Source: Chrysomallon squamiferum (taxonomy: Eukaryota > Animalia > Mollusca). Taken from it: a DNA stretch of 64,000 bases. The number at the start of each line of letters is the position of its first letter. Positions within the stretch are counted from its first letter, which is position 1. Positions 51,471 through 61,781 of this stretch are shown piece after piece. The translations under genes were made by a program, and so were the position numbers. The notes under the pieces are model-generated. The model was not told the DNA's origin. It made no database searches and saw only the letters and a list, made by a program, of their open reading frames with translations. The stretch lies in NCBI GenBank assembly GCA_012295275.1, contig CM022679.1:14694001-14758000 (forward strand), in the 5' to 3' direction.

Positions 51471-51576
51471 TTCTCATTCAGGTGTGCCTGGTGAACCTTT
51501 ACCTGTAACGAGTGAAGAAGATATTTTTGACTACATAGACTATGAGTACAAAAAACCCAGTGAAAGAAGCATGTGA
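37719..51576 (+). CDS. POLB: DNA polymerase beta, complete, 13 exons, 336 aa
   Basis: Exons 37719-37782, 38761-38885, 39412-39486, 42912-42970, 43630-43679, 44539-44590, 44910-44964, 46657-46729, 47169-47239, 47667-47753, 48332-48396, 48984-49123, 51482-51576 total 1011 nt in frame. [28 protein letters not shown] (lyase Lys), CGSFRRG..GDIDIL, RRIDIR, LYFTGS.FN..MR. Confidence 0.97.
38134..38574. mobile_element. pogo/Tigger-like (Tc1/mariner) MITE in POLB intron 1
   Basis: 25-bp TIRs CTGTTGACCCTCAATTTCACAGACT ... AGTCTGTGAAATTGAGGGTTAACAG (1 mismatch), flanked by TA / CA. Confidence 0.8.
38761..38885 (+). CDS. POLB: POLB exon 2
   Basis: [42 protein letters not shown]|gtaagt. Confidence 0.97.
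39412..39486 (+). CDS. POLB: POLB exon 3
   Basis: [25 protein letters not shown]|gtgagt. Confidence 0.97.
42912..42970 (+). CDS. POLB: POLB exon 4
   Basis: [19 protein letters not shown]|gtgagt. Confidence 0.96.
43630..43679 (+). CDS. POLB: POLB exon 5
   Basis: [17 protein letters not shown]|gttagt. Confidence 0.95.
43707..44008. mobile_element. hAT-like MITE remnant in POLB intron 5
   Basis: Termini TAGAGGTTTTCAAAC ... GGTGAAAAACCTCTG; no clear 8-bp TSD. Confidence 0.45.
44539..44590 (+). CDS. POLB: POLB exon 6
   Basis: [17 protein letters not shown]|gtaagt. Confidence 0.95.
44910..44964 (+). CDS. POLB: POLB exon 7
   Basis: [19 protein letters not shown]|gtaaag. Confidence 0.95.
45236..45327. 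repeat. Near-perfect ~43-bp-arm palindrome (hairpin)
   Basis: atagtactatagtgttagtatttttaaaagcagctgtcatgaa / ttcatgacaactgcttttaaaaatagtaacactctatagtattat. Confidence 0.9.
46533..46584. repeat. (CT)n microsatellite
   Basis: Pure run. Confidence 0.97.
46657..46729 (+). CDS. POLB: POLB exon 8
   Basis: [24 protein letters not shown]|gtatta. Confidence 0.95.
47169..47239 (+). CDS. POLB: POLB exon 9
   Basis: [24 protein letters not shown]|gtcagt. Confidence 0.96.
47667..47753 (+). CDS. POLB: POLB exon 10
   Basis: [29 protein letters not shown]|gtatgt. Confidence 0.96.
48332..48396 (+). CDS. POLB: POLB exon 11
   Basis: [21 protein letters not shown]|gtattt. Confidence 0.96.
48984..49123 (+). 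CDS. POLB: POLB exon 12
   Basis: [47 protein letters not shown]|gtaatt. Confidence 0.97.
49135..49600. repeat. Compound (TAG)n/(TAT)n microsatellite
   Basis: Visible directly. Confidence 0.95.
50357..50484. repeat. (TAT)n microsatellite
   Basis: Visible directly. Confidence 0.95.
51143..51255 (+). pseudogene. Diverged copy of the POLB intron 7/exon 8 junction inside intron 12
   Basis: gtgtttgtttaattaaaaacaactagtttatattacag|gatgctgtaataggaactataaaaca vs gtgtttgtttaattaaaaaataattggtttatattatag|gatactgcaataggagctataaaaca. Confidence 0.75.
51482..51576 (+). CDS. POLB: POLB exon 13 (terminal)
   Basis: [31 protein letters not shown]; AATAAA at 51591. Confidence 0.96.
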
Positions 51577-53865
51577 TCAAAATCATCTTTAATAAAAGAA
51601 CTTTTATTTCCTCTGTCAAAGCTAGGTGTGAATACAGCAAAAATTAAATTAAATTAATACATGGCTAATAATGCACTTTTGGGAAATCAGACCAAAATAA
51701 ATTATGAGTAGCCTCCCTTTCAGATTAAACTCCTTACAGAATTAAAAATGCTGCTCATTTTCTTCATATTACCCAGTACATGCAAAAGAAATGTTAGAAA
51801 TAAGAGTAGATAGTTCTGTGAATAACATGACTCACATTTTGTGCATTAATATTATAACTGTATTTCATATTTTACAAATGTCATCTTTATCCATTACATT
51901 TTTCTAATATCAATGAAACAATTTCTATTTTTTATATTTTTTTATTTTTTATATTTTATACATTATTAGCTTGAGAAATTATTATATTTCCATTTAATTT
52001 AGTAGAATATTTTTGAATTTTTAAATATTAATAGAATGATTTTTATATTTTAACATTTTGTGAAATTAATTCTCTTCAAGCCATTAAATCAATTAAACGT
52101 TTAAGACTTTTCTAATAACAGTAGAATGAATTTTCGAATTTTTACAAGTATTTTATCAGTGATATTAATGATTTGATCCAATTAAATTAACTGAACATTT
52201 AGAACATTTCTAATGTTAATTTAATGATACTGCATAATAATTATTTTTAACCATCTGCAAATTTTTAAATACTAATAGTTTCATAATGTATATTATGATT
52301 TTTGTGAAGTTAAACATTTATATATATACTGTATAATTTTTAAACATTAATCACCTTGATATCTGTTAAATAAATAATATTACCAGCTATCTTTTTAATG
52401 TAAGTCAAAATGTCTATGTTTAGTTAAGAAGGTATATAATTACAAGTATTATAGATTTTTTTGTTAAATTGCAAATGCATTAAAAAGTTAGACAACAGCT
52501 TGTCAACAAAGAGGATTGATTAGTTGTACAAGTTCAGACATACAAAATTTCATGTGTTACTGTTTTATTTTAAATCTTTTTTTTCTTTTGTTTTTCATTT
52601 AATATTTATTTATTTGTATTGTAAATAAATGAAATGTATCATTTTGTTAAGTATTTTCAGCATAACTTTACCAGAGCGTTTACACATTTTGTTTTAAACA
52701 TAATTTACAAATAGTTTATCAGTTTTTGAAACATTTTTCTCAGGTGGAAATATTTACTTTGAAGTCCGAAATAAACCATTTTTATTTTATTTTTTTCAAA
52801 TGTGTTTTTGTTTTGTTTTGCTGTGAAACAAATGAAAATACGTCTGTCGGTGTTTCGTTGTGATGACGTTTACCAGTTACGTGGAATTAATGAGAGCTTT
52901 AAAACCAGATCACAAGTGTTTAATATAGCACATGCTTAGTAAACCAGTTTTGTAATAACAACAACATTATAAGGGTTCTTGCACATCACATGTGAACGTT
53001 TCGTCGCTGAAGTTGCCTCTGTGTCGCGGTTGCGTCAATGGTTGCACAACGGACGCGATTTTCGTTGCGGTTTTCAGTGCGATTTCACGGAAACGTACTC
53101 ACGTTAAAATTAGGCGTTACAAAAATGAATATTAATAGATTATGGCGTTAATGGGCATAATTAATATTTACAGAATAGTCAGAATTATTATTCTCGTACT
53201 TAGTGCAGACAAGGTACAGCTTTACATTTTTCAGCTACCTTCAATGGTAAGGCTTTCTGGTACAGTATTGGGGGGGGGTTGTACATGAATAATAATGCCT
53301 TTTTTTTTACAAGACGAAATCCAGATCGATAGAAATAACCTCACCATTGAATTTTTTATATATATAGCAGCTATGTTTAATAACGGAAAATATTATCAGT
53401 TTCTTTTTGCAAAAATCCTTGCATAAATCAAGGCGTCAGTCGCTTTTGGCGTGCAAGCTTCAGCGTGAAGGTCTTTGTTCCATATCGCGGCGAAAACCGC
53501 AGTAAAATGCCCATAATTAACACGTAGCACATACTGAATATTATTTTCAAAAATCATCGTGTGCAAGAAATTGTTTTTATTGTTGCGATAATAGTAATAA
53601 ATGTAATAATAACTGTCTGAAATGTTGATAAATTAAATCACTGTAAAATAAAAAAAAACATCAGTCATCTTGAGATGCTTATATTAAATCTTACACTTTA
53701 TTATTAGCAAACACTGTTGTTGTGGTTTATTCGGAAAATATGAACACGTACTCTTTTTTTGTTGTTATTCTCGTCTGACAGCAAGAAATCTTTTATATAA
53801 CCCTTTCCATAAACAGAAAAGTCCTTACTACGATTTTTGATTAACATGTCCATGGTCTTAAATGG

Positions 53866-54941
53866 ACTCTTTTTGAAATGAGGCAAAAACACTTTTAAAA
53901 TTTTGGCGAGCGGTCTGTTCGATAAACCTGTTTGATGTCTGATGTCAGTTATGTCTTTCATCGCAGTGATGTCGGTAGACTTCAAACGGTAACCGTAGAC
54001 ATTAACAAATTCATTCGGAATAGAGATTTATATTTTATAATAAAATACTTTAATAATAATAATAATAATAATAAAAATCGTCAATTTTGGTAAGAGCATT
54101 TGCCTCATTTGCCTCAGTATAGTTACGGCTATGGAATCGCAAGGCACTAACGTAACGAGAAACAATAGTGTGAGCGCATTGAAGAAATTTTACTTCTTAG
54201 ACGAATTCCTTCAGTTATTTTTAATCAATCATTTTATATACATATATTTCTGCATTACATCTTCACAGATGTGTATTGGCAACATGAGGACATAATTTGC
54301 GTCCCCTGTTGTTGAACGAATTATCGTAAGTACTCTCTTCAGTGAATACATTTCTAGTTCCCAGTGGTGAGAGATCGTTAACTTCTTAAACTGTTAACAC
54401 GTCCCAGCTGTTACTCACACCAACTCAAAGCACAGAAATTCTAATTCATTTAATTCAAGCTGAAAGAATATTTACAGTATTAATATTTCCTGACTGCTAC
54501 ACATAATTAATAATTTGGTCAGTGTATCAACTGGATGGAGCTTAATTAATTTCCAGACGTATATAGTTTAATTAAGACTGTGTGAATTCGTGCTGTGAGT
54601 AGAGACTTAACAAAAAGGTTAAATTTAACTAATATGCTGTGGTTTTTTATTTTTATTTTTGTAATTTTTTTTAATTAAAATACTTTTTCGATACGCCTGT
54701 GAGCGTTAATTTTGTAATTATACTAGTTTTAATAATATAACTTGTGTTTATTATTATTATTATTTTTATTTATTTATTTTTTATTTTTTAATGTTTTTAT
54801 TTATTTTATTATTATTATTATTTTATTTTTTTTGTTGAAAGTATTATATGTATTTGTATTGCATCAGGCATCAAACAGGTTTATCGAACAGACCGCTCGC
54901 CCACATTTCTTAAAGTGTTTTTGACTCATTTCAAAAAGAGT
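53866..54941. repeat. ~80-bp inverted repeat pair (53866-53944 / 54862-54941)
   Basis: catcaaacaggtttatcgaacagaccgctcgcc...gtgtttttg.ctcatttcaaaaagagt occurs in opposite orientations. Confidence 0.88.
54269..54325 (+). other. Candidate 5'UTR exon of the GCNT-like gene, containing an 8-codon uORF
   Basis: cttcacag|ATGTGTATTGGCAACATGAGGACATAA...ATC|gtaagt. Confidence 0.45.
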
Positions 54942-55530
54942 TTAGTTACGGCCAAGAACAAGCTCATATTTTGTCGAAGAATCTGAATCACCATCCTTGA
55001 AACAAATAGTTTTGGTGAAATGTATATTTCTTACATTCTTTCAGAACATTTAAAAAAAACTAGATATGTTAAATTTATGCTTCTGCTTTATCAGATCGGA
55101 ACAGAAACAGTAAACGAGACCGCAGTCGTAAGAAAGGCAATCTGACAAAACAAATAACAGCTGTTCATTTTCTATTTATTTATTTACTTCTTACTTTTTT
55201 TAATTTTTTAATTTTAATTTTATTATTTGATTTTTTTTAGGGGACTCAATTCTGAAATGGAATACAAAGCGTACGGAATCTCAGTCTAGTGTCAACGATA
55301 ACCACATTAAACTCCCTCCCTTCTTTTATTTTATTTTATTTTATTTCAAATATAGTAAGAGGCAGTGAAATAATTTGTTTCTTTATATTTGTGTCTGTTC
55401 GTCCGATAATCTGTGTACACTAATAAACTTGGCCACCCATCCGACAGTATTGAAATGAGAAAAAGCCAGAGGAAAAAAATATCTGTTTAAACTGCTACGA
55501 AATAACTAATTCATTATAATAGATGTTATA

Positions 55531-56258
55531 ATGGTTCATCACAAACATATCTGGATACTTATAATTTTGCTTTGTTTGTCCGGAATTATGCAGTTTGTCA
55601 TTTATACAGCCTTCAGCACCGTTAAAACTACGCAAAAACAACGTACGCTGCAGGCAATCAAGGAAAATCGTTGGGAATTCTTCGATATGGTCTGTTCAAA
55701 AGTAATAGAGAACAAATCAGATTCCGCATACTGGATATCCAAATACTTGGAATTTCAAAAGGAATTTGGTAATAACGTGGATGAATATACTAATAAATTT
55801 GCAATGCCAGTGGACTGTTCAAACTTCATCAGTCGTTACGGATTCGCAACCGAAGTTACCAAGCAAGAGCTGGAATTTCCGATTGCCTTCGGTATTGTCA
55901 CTTTCAAAGACCCAGAACAATCAGTGAGATTATTGCGCGCCATCTGGCGGCCTCAGAATATCTACTGCATACATATGGACACCAAATCGAGCAGCAGTTT
56001 CAAAAGATATATTGAATCCCATGTGAAGTGTTTGGATAATGTGATTTTCGCTCCAAGAACTGTGGACGTTAGATGGGGCGAATATTCCGTTCTCGAAGCT
56101 GATCTGATATGCATGGAGGCACTTTTCAACCACAGAACAAAGTGGAAATATTTCATAAATTTAACAGGACAGGAATTTCCGCTGAAAACTAATTACGAAC
56201 TTGTTAAAATTCTAACATTTTACGCCGGTGGGAACGACATATATGGACAGTTTCACAG
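55531..56258 (+). CDS. GCNT-like exon 1
   Basis: Long ORF ending CACAG|gtaagt. Confidence 0.94.
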
Positions 56259-58576
56259 GTAAGTGTGCATAAAATAAATTTAAATGTTCTTCTTCTTCAC
56301 TTCTCTTTCCCTTTTCTCTATTAAGAGAATTTAAGCTTGACCTCTAGATGGACATACATAATAAACCAAATCCACTAGGACAGACGTTCTAACACTCACG
56401 TACGTACGCTGAATAACGAAATTATGGACAAACACATTTTATCATTGAATCAATGAAACAAATTTGAAAGCAAATTATGGACAAACACATTGTATCATTG
56501 AATCAATGAAACAAATTCGAAAGCAAATTATGGTCAAACACATTGTATCATTGAATCAATGAAACAAATTTGAAAGCAAATTTATTTTTCAACAGGATGA
56601 ACAAAGGTCGCTTGCCAACAGGTATACCGCCACCACATGGAATCAGACCAGCCAAGGGACCTGTTCACATAGCAGCAAGTAGAGGCTTTGTAGACTACGT
56701 GTTCAATAATCAAACAGCCAAGGATTTTCTTACCTGGACGAAACTAATGAAAGTTCCAGACGAAACATTTTTCCCATCTCTTAATACGAACCCTCATCTC
56801 AAAGTCCCAGGATCATTAAAAAGTAAGAGAAAACACTTTAGGTGGAAACCGAATAATTTGGAATTATATTTTATTTGAGAAAATTAAATAAACCAGTAAA
56901 TTTAATTGTTGGGATGTTGATGCAAGGATTTGGTTGTAAGCAAATTAAAAAATATAAAAGTAATACTACGTAGGGAATCGCACACAGAAAAAAAAAAAAA
57001 AAAAAAAAAAAAAATATGTTTACATATATAATAAGAATAAAGCAAAAAATAAAAAATATAATAAAAAATAAATAAAACCGTGACTGATGTTGCAGAAATG
57101 GAAGGATAGTCTGAAGCAGAATGTCATCAATGTAATGCCGAGCTTTCAGATTTCTGTTAACCAGTGATGTTCTCTCCTGCCCACAAATCCCTCGCCACAT
57201 CATGACACGTCCTCCTCGTTAAGGCTGTAAAGGCACTATCTTCCCTTAACTCTGAACAAACAGAACCGGCTTTAATCAGTGAAAACTACGCTCTGCCAAA
57301 GTCACAGTCAACCCCATATCAACCTCAGATGATTTAGAACTACCAATATGTCATCTATATGATATGTAAGATTTTATTTCATGAGCCCCCAGTCTTTTGT
57401 CAGCTAACTGTAATATGACCCAAAGCATCTGTTGTTGATGTCTTGGGCTAACTGGATACGACCTTTCTGTCTGTAACTTTGCGTCAAGTTGGTTGCAGCA
57501 GCTCGGTTCTTGAATTCATAACTCGAGTGTCATTCGTGGCATTCCTATTGTGATTTATTTTACACATTCCGTCTGGTTGCACGTGCAGTTTCGCTTGTTC
57601 ACGATGCACGTGCTATTCGCGTTTTCGCTTATAATCTATTGCCCCAAAACCTGCCTTGGAGGGGGATCATTTTCTGCATTACAATAGTGTTGCGTTTCGG
57701 TCTATGTTTTTAAACTGATCAAGTTTCACCTAGTTTTTAAGTTTTTCTGAAATTTCATTAATAAAGTTTCTATATATGTAGTACTGGCCATTGTTTGGCA
57801 GTCAGCAATTTCTCTTCAAATATTTATTTACTAAATTTATGCACATAAAATGCTGAAAAATTACATCTTAAAACTTTAATCGAGAACAAGAGAAATAATT
57901 TAATTTTAAAATGTTAACGAGCATTCCTAGCTTAGATAATTAACTTTATAGTTGTTTTAAAGATATGTATCGATATATTTTTAAATAGCATCCGATACAA
58001 AAAGATGTTTATTTATTTACGTGCTTTTAATGTTATATCGACAAAATGTTTATATACATAATTTTCATGCGAGTCATAATTAATTTCACATGTATTTATT
58101 TGTTTCAAGGTTGTATAGACAGAAGTTTTAATTTATTTACATTACCTATAAGTTATAATTAACCGTGTATTTTATTTGTTTTCAAATTTATATCCAGACT
58201 GTTATTAACTTACATTAGTAAGTTCAAACGTATTTTTTGTTTTCAAGTTCATATCGACAGAAGACGTTCGACTGATTATTTCTACCGATCGATGGTTCGG
58301 TTCAAAATCTTTTCTTATCGAGAAAACGATCCGAAATGCACCACGAAGAAAGTCCATGCCGTCTGCATATTTGGAATTAGTGATCTCCACCGGCTAACCA
58401 GAGCACCACACCTGTTTGTGAATAAATTCCACCAATCGTACGAACCGCTCGCCTACGACTGTCTCGAACGTTGGATTTTCAAGAAACTTATTTCAGAGAA
58501 TCAAGGCAACCGAAACTTTGACCTATCGCCTTATAAACATTTGGATTTCGTAAACAACTGTTATTGTTCTGATTAA
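55531..58576 (+). CDS. Core-2/I-branching beta-1,6-N-acetylglucosaminyltransferase (GT14, GCNT-like), 3 exons, 427 aa
   Basis: Exons 55531-56258, 56596-56822, 58248-58576 (AAG acceptor) total 1284 nt in frame. N-terminal signal anchor; EFPIAF..RLLRAIWRPQNIYCIHMD, VRWG..VLEADLICM, WKYFINLTGQEFPLKTN, PDETFF, CIFG..DL, LFVNKF; AATAAA at 58641. Confidence 0.93.
56419..56582. repeat. 53-bp minisatellite x3
   Basis: aaattatggacaaacacatt.tatcattgaatcaatgaaacaaatt.gaaagc; runs into the exon-2 acceptor region. Confidence 0.95.
56596..56822 (+). CDS. GCNT-like exon 2
   Basis: caacag|...|gtaaga; PPPHGIRPAKGPVHIAASRGFVDY...PDETFFPSLN. Confidence 0.93.
57080..57700 (-). mobile_element. Tc1-like transposase remnant in GCNT intron 2
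   Basis: WQSVVFTD*SRFCLF and GGRVMMW.GICGQERT.LV...A.HYIDDIL...LPFLQ resemble the Tc1 DDE region; contains stops and frameshifts. Confidence 0.8.
58248..58576 (+). CDS. GCNT-like exon 3
   Basis: ttttgttttcaag| is the nearby acceptor that keeps frame; ends NNCYCSD*. Confidence 0.85.
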
Positions 58577-59699
58577 GGGCGTATCCAGGATTTTAAGTCA
58601 ATTTTCGTTAACAGTTCCTGTTTGTTCATCACTGTTTTTTAATAAATGGAAATAATGTTTCTATCTTGACATTATTCATAAATATTTTAATTGTAAATCG
58701 TTTATTGCATCTAGTTGAAAACATCTGGAGATGATAAAAATAAATCGTAACTGTTTTTGTGTATGTGTATGTGTGTGTGTGTGTGTGTGTGTGCTAAAAC
58801 TGATTTGGGAGTGATTCAGTTCAGTCACTATGTTACGTCTGTTTTGACATGAAGAAACGAAAAAAAAAAAAAAAAAAATAAAAAATAAAACAACACAGCT
58901 GTGTCTGGATTTCTCAATGACTGAATAAAAACTTACTAAGAATCCATGTCACACACGTGTTGATTTCAGCTAAAATTACTACACTTGCCTGCAGCTGTCA
59001 GATGAGAAATCTTACCGCTATTATTATTTTATTTATTTATTTATTTTATTTATTTTATTTATTTATTTTTATTTTTATTTTTTTGGCTTAGTCGAATCGC
59101 AGTTCCACATACAAATACATAAATTACATGATCCTATTCTAAAACAGTACACATGTAAGTGCGTTGTCTTTCTAAATAGTTATTTTTATTTTCTCGCTGT
59201 CTACTTAGTTTAATTTTCTTGATATCTAGTTACTTCGATTTTCTGGCCGCAAAGTGTAACTTTACCCCCCCCTCCAAAAAACCCCCTCTTTATTAACTGA
59301 TCGTACCCAATGTTGAATTTTCAAAGTGGTTTTTTTAATTTTTTTTATTATTATTATTACCATTATATATATTGCATTCTTTCTATATATTTAATATTAT
59401 TATCCTTTTTTAATACTATTTTTTTAATTTTTTTTATGTAACACACGCAAGTTAATTTGTATAAAAAACTAAACTTTTCTTCTTATTTTTTAAATGTCTC
59501 ATTTATTTATTTATTTATCTAACTGTTTATTTATTTCTTTGTATGTTTCTTAGTTTATTTATTTATTATAGAGCTTAACTTATCAGTTTCACTGATTACA
59601 AACATTAACTTTGCATTTTTCATCAAAACCAGATTTTTTTTAGTCTGCTCATGCAATTTCCCCTCACTTCTTATATCGGATAAAAACATGTTTTCTTAC

Positions 59700-59795
59700 C
59701 AGTGAAGAGGTTATCCACTGAAGTCTTCCAAGTTTGTTCTGCATTATTCTATTGCAGTATGTTTTTCCTTTAATAATACATGAAATATACTTTAT
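59700..59795 (-). other. Candidate exon (96 nt) of an unidentified minus-strand transcript
   Basis: cttttgttttcattattag|...CTG|gtaaga; open only in phase 0: IKYISCIIKGKTYCNRIMQNKLGRLQWITSSL. Confidence 0.45.
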
Positions 59796-60417
59796 CTAAT
59801 AATGAAAACAAAAGTATATGGCATTTATAAAACGTATTTATTATATTAACTGTCAATGTAATAATAATAATTAGCATTATAATATAATGCTATAAAAGTC
59901 GATGACATTAATGACACAGCAAACTCTACTGTAATTTAATTCAATTAAAAAAAAAGGTCAGATTTAGTACTAACTCATTTAACAATGTTATACTGGTCAC
60001 ACCCCCCCCCACATGCACACACTCATACATTAATAATGGTTATTATCAGTCTCATTTAGTATTCAGAATAATGAAATTACTTTTATTATTTTAAAAGATT
60101 ATTTTAAAACTTTAGAAATGTAATGGACATTTACTCTTATGGGTATCATCCCAGTTGTTACACATCCATTTGTCACACACCTTATAAAAACACTGTTATT
60201 CAAATGTCTTCTATCAAGTATACAATAATGGATTCATAATCCCAGTTGTTACACAGTCAGCTTAGGGAATAATTAAGGAATTGATCTCTATTAAGATTTG
60301 TCAGAAGTCAAAACAAAAAACAAACAAAGCAAGAAAAAAAAGCAGTTTGATTTCTGATGATTCTGGAAATTTAATTAATTTTCTGATTCACTGAGCCCAG
60401 CAAAAACAACAGCTCAC

Positions 60418-60487
60418 GACAACCGCTCTATCATGTGACTTGCAGAACCAATCAGACCAAGCATTTTGTTCATCTGATTTCCTGCAT
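60418..60487 (-). other. Candidate exon (70 nt) of an unidentified minus-strand transcript
   Basis: ttgtcacag|...GTC|gtgagc; GC-richer than flanks; two open frames. Confidence 0.45.
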
Positions 60488-61270
60488 CTGTGACAATCGT
60501 ATATAAACTTATTGTGGTACATAAAGTATACGTGCATAAAGTATGTATACACACTGAGTAAACGTTAATCACTTCATAAAGCACATAAAGTATGTACACA
60601 TCTCAACTATATAAAAATTAGGATATTATTTCTTTCTTTCCCTTTTCGTCCATTAATTAAAGACCCAATTAGTTACAAAACTATATGTTGAAGTTTGATC
60701 TAAAACGTCTTGATACACAAAATAAATGAGGTAAATGAAACAAGATAAAAACAATCCAAAAAAATCAATGTAATTAAAAATACACACACACAGTATATTT
60801 GAATGGATTAAATACATAAAAGTAAAAAGAAAAATAACAAAATAAATAGTAATAATAATAATGAATAAATTAACTGAATAGATTCCCAATAATAATTAAA
60901 AAAAATAATAAGAAGAAGAACATTAATAATAATAAATAATAGTAATAGTAATAATCATAGTAGTATTAATAATGCAGACATAAAAAAATTAATACTTTCT
61001 CTTCTTAATCAGTGAATATCAATAAAATAAAGGTATGAAAAGTATTAATTGTATATAATTGTGAAGTATTACAATAAATATATTTAAAAAATATTTATAT
61101 CAGTGTATTAGAAAATATACATTGTTTATATAACAGTGACATAACCTGCAAAGGTTAACACATTACACAAACTTATTGCCTATTTTTTTCTGTTTTCCCT
61201 AATTGAAAAGCAAACACAGGTAAATTAAAAGTAAATCACTGATAAAGATGTTTTCATTCATTAATACTCA

Positions 61271-61272
<2 letters not shown>

Positions 61273-61331
<59 letters not shown>

Positions 61332-61342
61332 TAACAACAATA
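61273..61342. repeat. (TAA)n microsatellite
   Basis: Visible directly. Confidence 0.95.
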
Positions 61343-61781
61343 AACATTATTCACAAAAAAACACAATTTGATGTATGTTATTTACAAATAAAATAAAGGT
61401 AGTGTTAAAATTTCATCACACAAATTAAATCAATTCAACTTCACACTCATAGCTCAGTGTCAAACAGTTAAATGTAAACACTATTAAATAGAAAAATATT
61501 CCTAATTTAAAATTACATTAACTTTATTAATTACTCACTCATTTACAATTATTAAATAGATAAATGTAAACACTATTAAATATAAATATTCCTAAAATAA
61601 TCTTAAATAATTATTCACTAGTTTACAATTCTTGAATAGAAAAATGTAAACATTATTAACTAAAAAATCATTATAATTTCCTCTTAAATTTAATTTATTA
61701 ATTATTCACAATTTTATAATTATTAAAGTCAAATTAGTCATTAGTAAATAAAAATATTCCTAATACACTATCATTTATTAT

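Noticed and set aside
53704-53985. 93-aa minus-strand ORF
   Set aside because: Overlaps the inverted-repeat element; non-ATG start and no recognisable motifs
56419-56582. CRISPR-like array
   Set aside because: Contiguous 53-bp units with no unique spacers in a eukaryotic intron: a minisatellite
59700-60487. Similarity to insect chemosensory proteins (DR...Y..C....C)
   Set aside because: Only loose Cys spacing; the second CxxC pair and a signal peptide are not found
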